From positions 521 through 64,520 of the forward strand of contig CAZMKD010000260.1 of NCBI GenBank assembly GCA_964566575.1: a DNA stretch of 64,000 bases. The letters run 5' to 3'. A program made the translations under genes and the position numbers. Origin of the DNA: an uncultured Verrucomicrobiota bacterium. Lineage in GTDB: Bacteria > Verrucomicrobiota > Verrucomicrobiia > Palsa-1439. Of this stretch, positions 37,690 through 47,870 are shown piece after piece. Under the pieces are notes generated by a model, which searched no databases, was not told where the DNA came from, and saw only the letters and a list, made by a program, of their open reading frames with translations. Each line of letters starts with the position of its first letter. Position 1 is the stretch's first letter.

Positions 37690-39279
37690 TCAACGTAGAA
37701 CTGCAACCGGGTACGGCTCCAGCCGGGGCGGCTGCGCGTCTGCCTCCAACAACCAAACGTGGCGGTCGCGAAAGTAGTCGAGCAACTTCTGGTTTTGCGC
37801 CTCATCCATCTCCCGCGCCCAGACCACGCACGCGCCGTCGATGTCCGCTTCGTTGTAAACCCATTCATCTTCCGGCGAGTGTGATGCGCCATAACGCACA
37901 ATCACGAGTTGTTTCTCACCCGATCCTCGCAATCGGGTCAGTAAATGTTGCCTGTCCACCGCATACTGACGCGGCACATCCTTTCGAAGCAGGATTACAG
38001 TGACCACCACGCTTGCCGCGTATCCCATCAAACCCCAACGCACGAGCGCCCGGCCTACGCGTCGCCGCCCGCAGCGCCACACCCAAACCCGCCGCAGTAC
38101 TGCCACCCCAAGTACCGCCAACGCACCGATTGCCGGCGCCGCATAATGCACGTTGAACCACGATTCCAGCAGCAGGCCCACGACAAATATCATCACGCCC
38201 CCACCCAGAAGTCGCGTCCATCGATCGCGCATCGCCCACCTGAGCGGCACGACCGCAAGCGTGATCAACGCCATCGGCAGCCCAAGCAAATGCACCGGGA
38301 AAAGTCCGTCAGCGAGAATGACGAGTTTTTTCCAGCAAGCGATCACAAAGCCGGCGAGTGTTTGCTGCGTTTGATAGTTGAACAACACCAGCGCGTGAAA
38401 AAACTCGCGAATCACCTCGTGCCGGTAACTCGGTTCTGAATGCAGCGGCATCCACACAAATGGTGGCGCAATTCCGTATTGCGCTACATACTCCACGTAC
38501 GGAAGCCGCAGTGCATTGCCGGTCACGCGCCAGTTGTAGTACCCAAGCCAGCAGGCACCGATGGTCAACATAACAACCATCGGCACCAGCGTCCGCCAAT
38601 GCCTTCTGCAATGACCCAGCCACCAGACAACCAACGCCGCCACGCTGAGAACAAGTCCCTCGCACGGACGACTCACCGCCAGCACGGCCATGCCGGCGCC
38701 CATCGCCCAGCCGTTGCTGCGGCGCATGCCGCCAAGTACCAACGCGCCGCCCAGCACGTTAATCACTCCGCCTGTGTACCACCGACTCCACACCAGTAAG
38801 ATTGGATGCAGAGCAAACAGCAACGCCCCGAGAACGGCCCACCTCGGGCGCGTCCACGCACGCAACATCCAACACACCGCCGCCGACACAAGACCGGTTG
38901 CCACCCAGACTCCGGCAATCGGATTGCCACACACAACTTGTCCCAGCGCCAAGACCAATCCTTGCGCCGGCGGGTACATCGATGCGTAGGTCGGCTGTTG
39001 CAGAATGTAAAAGCTCTCTAGTTGCACCCACAACGGATGCGGCGGATTCGTCAACCTTCCATGCGAGAAGGTGTCGCCGGCCAAGAGATAACTGTACGGA
39101 TCATGACCCGACGGCGGCGGCACACCGGCGATGGCTGCGACCACGACGCACGCTGCAAAAGATACGAGACCGATGCTGAGAACTGCGAGCCACGGCCGCC
39201 GCCCCAACTTGGCGAGCCCACACTCGGCGGTGCGAAACCATCGGTCAGCCAGTTGCGGCTGGAACCAAACGATCGCCAA
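37690..39279 (-). CDS. Polytopic membrane protein, GT-C-like (529 aa), paralog of 39612..41219.
   Basis: HDPYSYLLAGDTFSHGRLTNPPHPLW first-loop motif. C-terminal soluble domain QLVIVRYGASHSPEDEWVYNEADIDGA. The start is uncertain (TTG 39279). Confidence 0.7.
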   Translation of the reverse strand: MAIVWFQPQLADRWFRTAECGLAKLGRRPWLAVLSIGLVSFAACVVVAAIAGVPPPSGHDPYSYLLAGDTFSHGRLTNPPHPLWVQLESFYILQQPTYASMYPPAQGLVLALGQVVCGNPIAGVWVATGLVSAAVCWMLRAWTRPRWAVLGALLFALHPILLVWSRWYTGGVINVLGGALVLGGMRRSNGWAMGAGMAVLAVSRPCEGLVLSVAALVVWWLGHCRRHWRTLVPMVVMLTIGACWLGYYNWRVTGNALRLPYVEYVAQYGIAPPFVWMPLHSEPSYRHEVIREFFHALVLFNYQTQQTLAGFVIACWKKLVILADGLFPVHLLGLPMALITLAVVPLRWAMRDRWTRLLGGGVMIFVVGLLLESWFNVHYAAPAIGALAVLGVAVLRRVWVWRCGRRRVGRALVRWGLMGYAASVVVTVILLRKDVPRQYAVDRQHLLTRLRGSGEKQLVIVRYGASHSPEDEWVYNEADIDGACVVWAREMDEAQNQKLLDYFRDRHVWLLEADAQPPRLEPYPVAVLR

Positions 39280-39611
39280 CAGGATCGCTATTGCGAGTGC
39301 AGTTATCAGGCGCGCCCAGATTAGTATGCAAGCCCGGCAAGCTCAAGCTGACAGCTTCAGCATGGAACTACCGAACACGTTCTGGTATGGAGGCAAAGCA
39401 TGAGCGAAGCGAACCAAACCGAACCCCGACCGCGCACTCCGAATGGCGTCGGGTGGGGTGTTGGTGACGGGAGTTTTTTTGTGAAACAGAAAAAGAGTGA
39501 GTGAGTAGTTTTCATACTGGTTATGGATGACACGAACAGAATTCAGCGGTCCGACGGCCTGATTACGCTGGCGGTCGAACCCAACGACCTCCACGAGGCG
39601 CGGCGGGACAG

Positions 39612-41219
39612 ATGAACTGGTGGAGACAATTGGTGCGGCGGCCCCGGTTGAGCATTGCCTTGGTCGGATTGCTCGCTGGCGGGTTGTGCGCGACGGCGGG
39701 ATTGTGGATCCGGATGCCGGTCCCCGAGGTGCACGACGAGTTCAGTTATCTGCTGGCGGGCGACACGTATGCACACGGACGGCTGACCAACCCGACGCAT
39801 CCGTTGTGGCAACACTTCGAGAGTTTCCACATCATTCACCAGCCGACCTACATGTCCATGTATCCGCCCGGTCAGGGACTGTTTTTGGGGCTGGGACAAG
39901 TCTTGACGGGCCGCCCCATCGTGGGCGTCTGGTTGAGCACGGCGCTGGCAGTCGCCGCGGTTTGCTGGATGTTGCAGGGCTGGGTGCCGGCCCGGTGGGC
40001 ATTGTGCGGTGGGTTGCTGATGGCGGTACACCCGACAGTGTTTCGCTGGGGTCAGTCGTACTGGGGTGGCGCGGTGGCAATGTTGGGCGGGGCACTGGTG
40101 CTGGGAGCGTTGCGCCGGCTCGCCCGTCACTGGCGTGTATGTGATGCGCTGTGGTTGGGGGCCGGCATGGGAGTACTGGCGCTGAGCCGTCCGTATGAAG
40201 GCGCGGTCCTGAGCGCCCTTTGCGTGATGACTTTGTGGTTGTGGCACCGACACGACCGACGGCTGAGTGGGCTGGAGTTCTTGAGGCGGGTGCTCATGCC
40301 GGCTGCCGGCGTGGTGGCGGCTACAATGTGTTGGTTCGCCTGCGACAATTGGCGCGTGACCGGTAATCCTTTGCGGCTGCCGTATCAGGAAGAACGGTCG
40401 CAGTACGCTCCTGTGCGGAATTCGTTGCTTGGGCTGTCAGCAAAGCGGACGAATGTGTATCGCCATCCGGTCATGCAGGAGTTTTACGAAGGCTGGGAGA
40501 TGGAGCAGTACACTCTTTTTACCGCCAATCTGGCTGAGGTGATATCCGACAAAATCGCGACCTACTCCCGAGGATACTTTGGACTGAGTGTTGCCCCGCC
40601 GTTGACCGGGTTGGTGTTGGTGTTGCTGCTAGGGATGCGCGGGCTGGTCCGGCGGCGGTGGATGAAGATCGGGCTGGGCATCTGGTTGGCGTTTTCAGTG
40701 GCGCAACTGCCCGTGACATGGGCGCATTTCCATTACGCGGCGCTCCTCCATTACGCGGCGCCAGCGTACGGGTTCGCGGCGCTGTGGGTGGTGGAATCGA
40801 CTCGGCAACTCCGGCTGTGGCGCTGGCAGGGATAACGCGTCGGACAAACCACAACCAGGACTCTTGGCGTGGCCTGTGCGGTGGTGTTGTTGCTGTACTA
40901 CGGCACGTGGAGTTGGGAGAAGGCGTCGGCTGCGGCAGACGGGTGGGGAAATCAGCGCGCGCAGTTACTCGAACAGCTATCGCGCGCTGGCGGCCGGCAC
41001 TTGGTGATTGTGCGGTACGGCCAGAGACATTCGGTACATGATGAATGGGTTTACAATGCAGCAGATATTGACGCCGCCACTGTGGTCTGGGCGCGCGCAA
41101 TGGACGCGGTACAGGATCAGCAGTTGATTGGCTACTTCCATGACCGTCGGATCTGGTTGTTGGAACCGGACGAATCGACAGCGCATTTGATGCCCTACCC
41201 GGCGAGGGAGACCAAGTGA
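39612..41219 (+). pseudogene. GT-C-like membrane protein (divergently transcribed paralog of 37690..39279) interrupted by an in-frame TAA at 40833..40835.
   Basis: Track ORFs 39612..40835 and 40869..41219 share one frame. The junction ...LRLWRWQG*RVGQTTTRTLGVACAVVLLLYY aligns with ...VWRCGRRRVGRALVRWGLMGY in the paralog. The C-terminal part HLVIVRYGQRHSVHDEWVYNAADIDAA matches the paralog's C-terminal domain. Confidence 0.65.
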
Positions 41220-41327
41220 GCGCGCTCCCGCAGGAGCTATGGTTGCGGCGCTTGGGACAGAACCGGCTGTGGGACGTGGCGGCGGTGGCGCTGGCGCTGC
41301 AGACGGTGTTCTGGTAAGAATTGCACC

Positions 41328-42842
41328 ATGGCCGTGAACGGACGCGTTTTCCAGACAATGTTCAATGCCTCCGTTGGCGCACTGCTCGGCCTTGGATTAC
41401 TTTCAGCGGCCATTTTGCACGGACGCTTGGTGCTGAATCTCGACCGCGACGGAGAGAACAGTTCGTCCGAGGGAGTGACGTTGTACGGGCTGCACTGCGC
41501 CCAGACAGGGCAAGCGGTGTATCGCGACTACCACACGCCGCCGCATGTGCTGAGCGGATATATGCCGCTGTTTTACTACGGGCCGGGCTATCTCAGTCGG
41601 TGGTTGCGGGCGGACCGACTAGGGACGTACATGGTCGGCCGGTATTACGTCTATGCGTTCTGGCTGGGGATCGGAGTAGGCGTCTACAAGCTTGCGCGAC
41701 ACGCCGGCAGCGCGAGGCTGTACGCAACCCTGGCAGCGGCGCTGTGGCTGGGTGGTCTAATCTCGCCGCAGTGGGCAAACTCATTCCGGCCGGACGCGAT
41801 GGCGCTGTTTTTTTCCCTGGCGGCAGTGTGGCTGTATTTGCAAGGATCAAGCTCCCAGCACTTGGCCGTCAGCACAGCGCTGCTGATGCTGGCCTTTCTT
41901 CACAAACAAACTGCCATCGCTCCGCTATTGGTGATCCTCGCCGAGGAGTGCCGGCTAAGGCGCTGGGGGCGGGCAGTTGCGGTCGCGACGGGCTGGGGCG
42001 CGGCGCTGGCTATTATTGTTACGGTGGCGCAGCGCCTGACCGGTGGGACGTTTGTGATGAACGTCTCCAGTTTTGTGCACCCATTTACTGTTTGGCGACA
42101 AGCTCTGTACTTGATGACTTGGACGCTGTCGACGAACGCCGCTGTGTTCCTTGCGAGCATTTGGGCTTGCGCGACCATCGCAACTCCTGCGCCTGCCTCA
42201 TTACTCAAGCGCTACTTCATCGTTGCGCTCGCATTGGCACTTCTGCGCTCGACAAACTACGGTGCTTCGCAGAACCATTACCTCGAACCCTACGCCATCG
42301 GTTGCGTCTTGACGGCAATCCTTCTGCAACGCTGGCAAGACACTCCCGCCGGGTTGCGGGGCAGGCTCTTGCGATTGGGGTGGTTGGGCGTGGCGATGGC
42401 CGCAAGCATTTACACGCTTTCGATTCGCACGGCGCAGATACCGGCGTTGATTGCCGAGTCGATTCATCATCGCACTGTTCGCGATGGAGAGGCGCGGGAC
42501 TGGGACACGTTACTTGCGCGCGTGGCTAAGCTTGGAGAACCGATCCTGACCGAAGACAATTACCTCGATCTGCGTCGCGGCCTGACACCGCTCATGCTCG
42601 ATGCCAGCTTGTTGGGGGAACTGCAGTTGCACGGCAGATTTGACGATGCCGACCTGCGTCGTAAAATTGCCGCTGGAGAGTTCGGGGCCATTATCACAAC
42701 GGAACCGTTCGAGGCCACGCTGCTGTGGCGCTATTTCCCGAGTCAATGGATTGAAATCATGCGGCACAGCTACCGGCTAACCGACCGCATCCCCTTGAAG
42801 TCACTCGATACCACTTATTATATCTACCAGCCCAAAGAATGA
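41328..42842 (+). CDS. Polytopic membrane protein (504 aa), possible GT-C glycosyltransferase of unclear family.
   Basis: At least 10 hydrophobic helices. A periplasmic-like C-terminal domain of about 130 aa. Confidence 0.65.
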   Translation: MAVNGRVFQTMFNASVGALLGLGLLSAAILHGRLVLNLDRDGENSSSEGVTLYGLHCAQTGQAVYRDYHTPPHVLSGYMPLFYYGPGYLSRWLRADRLGTYMVGRYYVYAFWLGIGVGVYKLARHAGSARLYATLAAALWLGGLISPQWANSFRPDAMALFFSLAAVWLYLQGSSSQHLAVSTALLMLAFLHKQTAIAPLLVILAEECRLRRWGRAVAVATGWGAALAIIVTVAQRLTGGTFVMNVSSFVHPFTVWRQALYLMTWTLSTNAAVFLASIWACATIATPAPASLLKRYFIVALALALLRSTNYGASQNHYLEPYAIGCVLTAILLQRWQDTPAGLRGRLLRLGWLGVAMAASIYTLSIRTAQIPALIAESIHHRTVRDGEARDWDTLLARVAKLGEPILTEDNYLDLRRGLTPLMLDASLLGELQLHGRFDDADLRRKIAAGEFGAIITTEPFEATLLWRYFPSQWIEIMRHSYRLTDRIPLKSLDTTYYIYQPKE

Positions 42843-42910
42843 GCTCCGATTGGGCGCTCTGAGGAGAATATATTTGTTCTGCGCGCCACGGTCTGGTTGA
42901 ATCACCGCGC

Positions 42911-45034
42911 ATGAAAACCCGGCAGGACATCGAGCTATTTCTTCTTGGGGCCCTGATCCTGTTCTTGGAAGTGGCGCTGATCCGCTGGATCGGCACTGAG
43001 ATTCGCATCTTCGCGTATCTCGGCAACCTCGTCTTGGTGGTCTGTTTCTTCGGCGTGGGTCTCGGCTGCTACCGGGCCGCGCGCCCGCTGGACGTCACGC
43101 GGTTCGGGGTGAATCTGTTGTTGTTATTGGCTCTCATCAGTAATCCCACGCGGATTCAAGCGTTGGATCTGAAAAACGTGACGCTGCTGTTGAGTGGGTT
43201 TGCGGATTCGCCCATCTGGAACGTGATGTGGGACGGCTCGGCATTGCGAGCAGCGGCGGGGCTGGGTCTGGTCGGGGCGCTGTTGTACCTCGTCGCATTT
43301 ACTTTTGTGCCGGTGGGACAGATGTTGGGACGCGCCTTTGAACAACACCCGCACATAGTCCGGGCGTATTCGTTCAACATCGTTGGCAGCCTGGCTGGCG
43401 TGTGGCTGTTCAACCTGTTGAGTTGGCGCTCGTCACCGCCGACCGTTTGGTTTGTGGTGGTCGCAGCGCTGGTCGTGCCACTGTTGATGGCGCGTGGCCG
43501 GCAGGGATGGATCGCCGTCGGACTGATCGCTGTTGCGCCAGCGTTAGTGTGGCTGGGGCATCCGCCCGGCCAGCAGACGGTTTGGTCGCCCTATCAAAAG
43601 CTCACCCTGAGTCCGTATTTCGAAGGAAGCGAAACCAACCGGGTGCAACGCGGTTACCTGGTGGAAGTCAACGGCACCCACTTTCAACAAATGATCGACT
43701 CTTCCGATGCGTTCTGCGCGCGTCACCCCGGCACGTTCAAGATGGAGGATGTTCAGCGCGGCCGGTTCAACACGCCTTTCCCGTTCAAGACGGCCGCCCG
43801 GCGCGTGCTGATCGTCGGAGCAGGCACGGGCAACAACGCGGCGGAAGCGTTGCGTCAGGGCGTCGACGAGGTCGATTGCGTTGAGATCGACCCGCAGATC
43901 TATGCGCTGGGCAAACGATATCACCCCGAGCATCCCTACGATTCGCCGCGCGTACACATGACGGTCAACGACGCCCGCGCCTATTTCAAGCACGCCACCG
44001 GCCACTACGACATCATCTGGTTCGCGTGGCTCGACGCGCACACGCAGGCCTCCTCGTACAACAACCTGCGGCTCGATCACTACGTCTACACCGAGGAAAG
44101 CATCCGAGAGGCGAAACGACTTCTCGCCGACGACGGTTTGTTGTTCATCAACTTCAACGTGATCCGGCCCTGGATTGGCGACCGGCTGTTCGTGCTGTTG
44201 CGGCGTGTGTTTGGCCACGACCCGCTGATGTATCGAAAAATCTTGCCGGCAGAACTTGGCAAAGCCAGCAGTCAGTACGTACTCATCTGCGCCAACCAAC
44301 CGCTCAACGTGGATGGACTGGCCGATCCCAGGTTGCGTGACGTTGTCGCAGGCAGCGTTGTTCAGATGCCCGGTACGACGCGGCCGACGACCGACGACTG
44401 GCCGTATTTATATCTCCAACAACCCAGAATCCCCAAACTTCATCTGGTGACCATGCTCATGATTCTGGGGACAGTCGCGGTGGCAGGTCGGCGCACGTTT
44501 GGGTTAAAAGGAGGACTCGACTGGCATTTCTTCGCGCTGGGCGCAGCGTTTCTGCTTCTGGAGGTGCAGGCGGTGAGCCGCGCCACGCTGTTATTCGGGA
44601 TGACATGGGTGGTGAACGCGATCGTGATCTCGGCGGTGCTGGTGATGATTCTGGCGGCCAACGCCGTTGCCGCCCGCTGGCTACGATTGCCGCATGGATT
44701 CATCGTCGGCGGGCTAGCCGTAACGGTCATGGCGTTGGCGGCGATGCCGCTTGCATGGTTTAACACACTAAGCGGCGCGACAAAGGTGGTCGTCGCGGGG
44801 GGATTTCTGACGGCGCCGGTGTTCTTTGCCGGACTGGTGTTTATCCGATCATTTACCGCCTGCAATGACAGAGCACGCGCGCTCGGCTCAAACCTGATTG
44901 GCGCACTCGTGGGCGGACTGCTCGAATCGCTGTCGTTCGTCACAGGCATCCGGGCATTGGTGATACTAATCGGATTGTTCTACGTTGTGGCGTTGTGGTT
45001 AAGGCCGAAGGAGCGAGTGTCGCAGTATGTCTGA
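42911..45034 (+). CDS. Membrane-embedded spermidine-synthase-like (PABS/class-I SAM methyltransferase fold) fusion protein, 707 aa.
   Basis: An N-terminal 7-8 TM block, then a soluble domain VLIVGAGTGNNAAEALRQGVDEVDCVEIDPQIYALGKRY...DIIWFAWLD...DGLLFINF, then a second C-terminal TM block. Confidence 0.8.
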   Translation: MKTRQDIELFLLGALILFLEVALIRWIGTEIRIFAYLGNLVLVVCFFGVGLGCYRAARPLDVTRFGVNLLLLLALISNPTRIQALDLKNVTLLLSGFADSPIWNVMWDGSALRAAAGLGLVGALLYLVAFTFVPVGQMLGRAFEQHPHIVRAYSFNIVGSLAGVWLFNLLSWRSSPPTVWFVVVAALVVPLLMARGRQGWIAVGLIAVAPALVWLGHPPGQQTVWSPYQKLTLSPYFEGSETNRVQRGYLVEVNGTHFQQMIDSSDAFCARHPGTFKMEDVQRGRFNTPFPFKTAARRVLIVGAGTGNNAAEALRQGVDEVDCVEIDPQIYALGKRYHPEHPYDSPRVHMTVNDARAYFKHATGHYDIIWFAWLDAHTQASSYNNLRLDHYVYTEESIREAKRLLADDGLLFINFNVIRPWIGDRLFVLLRRVFGHDPLMYRKILPAELGKASSQYVLICANQPLNVDGLADPRLRDVVAGSVVQMPGTTRPTTDDWPYLYLQQPRIPKLHLVTMLMILGTVAVAGRRTFGLKGGLDWHFFALGAAFLLLEVQAVSRATLLFGMTWVVNAIVISAVLVMILAANAVAARWLRLPHGFIVGGLAVTVMALAAMPLAWFNTLSGATKVVVAGGFLTAPVFFAGLVFIRSFTACNDRARALGSNLIGALVGGLLESLSFVTGIRALVILIGLFYVVALWLRPKERVSQYV

Positions 45035-45275
45035 TGACACATGAGTGTTGAAATGGGCGTGCGCTGGAAGATGGATTGTGTTGAGGCTCGGTTAAAATTC
45101 GCTGCGGAGCCGGAACGATGTCGCCCGAGTCAGAAGATGGGGCTTGGGATGGAAGAATTGAGCTTGCGGATGCTGTCAGCGGTAATAGAATTACGCTCGA
45201 CGAAGTTCAACGTCCCGCAATGGTCACGGGAGCAAGTCATATGGGAAATGTCGGTTGGCATGCAAGCCAAGGAAA

Positions 45276-46859
45276 ATGAACGCTTTCGGGTACCAACTAG
45301 ACCCACCCAAGTGTCCGAGGTTTTGGGTGACTGGATTTTTCGTCGCATTAGTGACTCTGACCTGTATCCTTTGCACCAACTTTGACCGCCCATGGACCGG
45401 TCATCACGACTTCAACGGCGCCGTGTGGTCGCAGTCGGCACACAACGCGTTGCGGGCCGGACTGTGGGTGACGCGAGGAGCCTCCACGGGCTTCTACTTC
45501 GGACCGTTACCGATACCACCCAACGGCTACTACATGCATCATCCGCCGGCACTGCCCTTGACGGTGACGGGAGCGTTTCTCTTGTTTGGTGAACACGAAT
45601 GGGTGGCGCGAGCGGTTCCGATTGTGTCTTCGGTTGCAAGCGCAGTGTTTCTCTGGTTGCTGCTGCGTAGCTGTGTCGGGATCCGTGCTGCCACGCTGGG
45701 CGTGGCGGTGTTTGCGCTCTTGCCGATGGAGTTGTATTTCGGACGGATGGTGAACCACGAAGCATGCGCTTTGCTATGGATGTTGGCAGCGTTCTGGGCG
45801 CTTCGCAGATGGCAGGAAACCGGGAGGATGTCCTGGAAGCTGACGGCGCTCGCGTTTTTTTTGTTGGGGATGGAGACGGCATTGCCGGTTTATCTGCTGG
45901 TCATGGTGGCGGCCGCCTTGCTCTGGATGAGTGGTGACCGTTCGGAATGCCAGCTCGCGTGGCTGTTGGTGGCGCTGGCAGTGTTGGCGGGGCTGCTGTT
46001 CCTCGCCCACGCCCGGCTTGTGCGGGCCGATGCTTGGGCGGATGGTTGGGTAGCGATCACGCGCCGCAGAAGCATGACGGGCCGGCTTCAGTTCACTTGG
46101 CAGCAATGGTTCCAATCGGAACGGAACATCCTCGCTGAGTATTTCTCACTGCCAGCATGGATGTTGGCGACCGGTGGAGCGGTGGTCATGACACGAAACA
46201 GGGTTCGCAAAGAGCAATGGCGCTGGCTTGTTGTGGCGGCGGCGAGTATCTTTTTTATGGACACTCTGTACGTCGTAGCCTTTCCGAATGCCTCCATCGT
46301 TCATGACTACGCCGCATTCTATTTCGTCGCTCCGTTGGCGATGATGGGCGGCGTCGCTTTGGACGCGTTACTCGGCAGTAATCTCGTCCGCACCAACAGA
46401 TGCGCCCGGGCCGCAGCAACTGGATTCGCCATTCTGGTGCTGGTATTGATGGGGCGGCACGCCTTCACCAAAGTGCGGGATCTGCACCGCATCCAATATT
46501 GTCTGGTTTGCGATCGATTTATCGAACCTCCGAATCTGATTCCGTCGCTCGGACAAGCCATGCGGGGTTTCTTCCCAGAGCAGACACTTGTGCTCTGCAA
46601 TATTCTGCCGGACAGACCGCGCGCTTTGCTACCGCCCCAACTGCAATACTATTCCGAACGAGAGTTGCTGAATCCCGGGACAACTTACGCGCAATGGCAG
46701 CAGCCGATTGCGCAACACGAGCCGTTTGTCGGCGGGGTGATTTGGGAGGGAGAGACCGGAGCGGCGGATTTGCTGGCCGCGTTGCCGGAAGGAAAGCGGT
46801 GCCGGGTCCAATTCGGTACGTTCCAGTTCTGTTTGTGGAAGCTTAAAGACAACGGATGA
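45276..46859 (+). CDS. GT-C-fold membrane glycosyltransferase-like protein (GT39/ArnT-like), about 527 aa.
   Basis: The first ATG at 45276 has an AAGGAAA Shine-Dalgarno; the track TTG 45255 is less likely. First-loop motif RPWTGHHDFNGAVWSQSAHNALRAG. Its stop overlaps the next start (ATGA at 46856). Confidence 0.7.
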   Translation: MNAFGYQLDPPKCPRFWVTGFFVALVTLTCILCTNFDRPWTGHHDFNGAVWSQSAHNALRAGLWVTRGASTGFYFGPLPIPPNGYYMHHPPALPLTVTGAFLLFGEHEWVARAVPIVSSVASAVFLWLLLRSCVGIRAATLGVAVFALLPMELYFGRMVNHEACALLWMLAAFWALRRWQETGRMSWKLTALAFFLLGMETALPVYLLVMVAAALLWMSGDRSECQLAWLLVALAVLAGLLFLAHARLVRADAWADGWVAITRRRSMTGRLQFTWQQWFQSERNILAEYFSLPAWMLATGGAVVMTRNRVRKEQWRWLVVAAASIFFMDTLYVVAFPNASIVHDYAAFYFVAPLAMMGGVALDALLGSNLVRTNRCARAAATGFAILVLVLMGRHAFTKVRDLHRIQYCLVCDRFIEPPNLIPSLGQAMRGFFPEQTLVLCNILPDRPRALLPPQLQYYSERELLNPGTTYAQWQQPIAQHEPFVGGVIWEGETGAADLLAALPEGKRCRVQFGTFQFCLWKLKDNG

Positions 46860-47866
46860 TTTCCGAAGCAAAACTCAAGTGGCTGCCCGGCCTGGCCACG
46901 AACCAGCAAATCCGGCTCTACACGCTCGAGAGCCTGCGCGAGCCTCGGCGGCTCCTCGCCAAAGATGGATGGTTGATTTTGAGCTTCGGTCCTGAGCGTT
47001 GGTGGATCGCTGATCGGTTGTTTGTGATGGCTACTGAAGTATTTGGGCACGAACCGGTAGCTTACTCACTGCGAGAAATCTCCCGCCATTGCGGCGGAGG
47101 CGAGAATTTTACGTTATTATGCAGCACTGAGCCACGGTTGCTTGAGACGGTCAAGGATCCCCAACTTCGTGAGTTGATTCAGTCTCATCGATCTACGTTG
47201 CCGGCCGTGACGCGACCCACAACCGATGATTGGCCCTACCTATACTTGGAGAAGGCCAAGATCCCGAAACTACATCCGGTGATCTCACTGACAATTCTTG
47301 GGCCCGTCGCCCTTGCCGGCAGAAAGATGTTTGAGACCAACCGGGGTCTTGACTGGCACTTCTTCGCCTTGGGCGCGGCGTTTCTGCTGCTGGAAGTGCA
47401 GGCGGTCAGCCGTGCCACGTTGTTATTCGGGATGACGTGGATAGTAAATGCGATCGTGATCTCGGCGGTGCTGGTGATGATTCTGGCGGCCAACGTCGTT
47501 GCCGCCCGCTGGCCACGGTTGCCACATGGATTCATCGTTTGCGGACTGGCCGTAACGGTTGTCGCATTGGCAGTGATGCCCCTTGCCTGGTTCAACACGT
47601 TGAACGGACCAACAAAGCTGATTGTCGCGGCGGCGTTTCTGACGGCGCCGGTGTTTTCTGCCGGGTTGGTGTTCATCCGATCCTTTGCCCGCTGCAATGA
47701 CCGGGCACGAGCGCTCAGATCAAACCTGATTGGGGCACTCGTGGGCGGGTTGCTTGAATCGCTGTCGTTTGTAACCGGTATCCGGGCACTAGTGATCTTG
47801 GTGGGAGCGTTCTACGTGTGGGCAGTGCGGTCCCGTCCGTCCCAACAACCACCACGAGGCGACTGA
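46856..47866 (+). CDS. Truncated paralog of the C-terminal half of 42911..45034: part of the soluble domain plus the C-terminal TM block (336 aa). It may be a fragment or pseudogene.
   Basis: About 85% amino-acid identity over the last ~210 residues (RPTTDDWPYLYL...LDWHFFALGAAFLLLEVQAVSRATLLFGMTW...). It lacks the N-terminal TM block and the GxGxG SAM-binding region. Confidence 0.6.
   Translation: MISEAKLKWLPGLATNQQIRLYTLESLREPRRLLAKDGWLILSFGPERWWIADRLFVMATEVFGHEPVAYSLREISRHCGGGENFTLLCSTEPRLLETVKDPQLRELIQSHRSTLPAVTRPTTDDWPYLYLEKAKIPKLHPVISLTILGPVALAGRKMFETNRGLDWHFFALGAAFLLLEVQAVSRATLLFGMTWIVNAIVISAVLVMILAANVVAARWPRLPHGFIVCGLAVTVVALAVMPLAWFNTLNGPTKLIVAAAFLTAPVFSAGLVFIRSFARCNDRARALRSNLIGALVGGLLESLSFVTGIRALVILVGAFYVWAVRSRPSQQPPRGD
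47214..47866 (+). repeat. Segmental duplication: copy B of a ~650-bp block. Copy A is at 44385..45034. About 90% nucleotide identity over 47341..47810 against 44521..44990.
   Basis: Identical 45-nt runs, for example gcgatcgtgatctcggcggtgctggtgatgattctggcggccaac in both copies. Confidence 0.8.
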
Positions 47867-47870
47867 TTGC

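Noticed and set aside
39380-39400. TGGTATGGAGGCAAAGCA in the divergent promoter region as a sigma54 site.
   Set aside because: The spacing is wrong (7 nt between GG and GC).
2203-40835. Possibility that in-frame TGA/TAG/TAA reflect stop-codon reassignment or programmed readthrough.
   Set aside because: All three stop codons appear in-frame and also terminate many well-supported genes in the window (glnD with TAA, the subtilase with TGA, and others). Pseudogenisation or sequence error is the more parsimonious reading.
45041-45385. A 114-aa ORF overlapping the start of the GT39-like gene.
   Set aside because: It lies in the low-GC intergenic region plus an out-of-frame overlap with 45276..46859. 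It has no supporting features.
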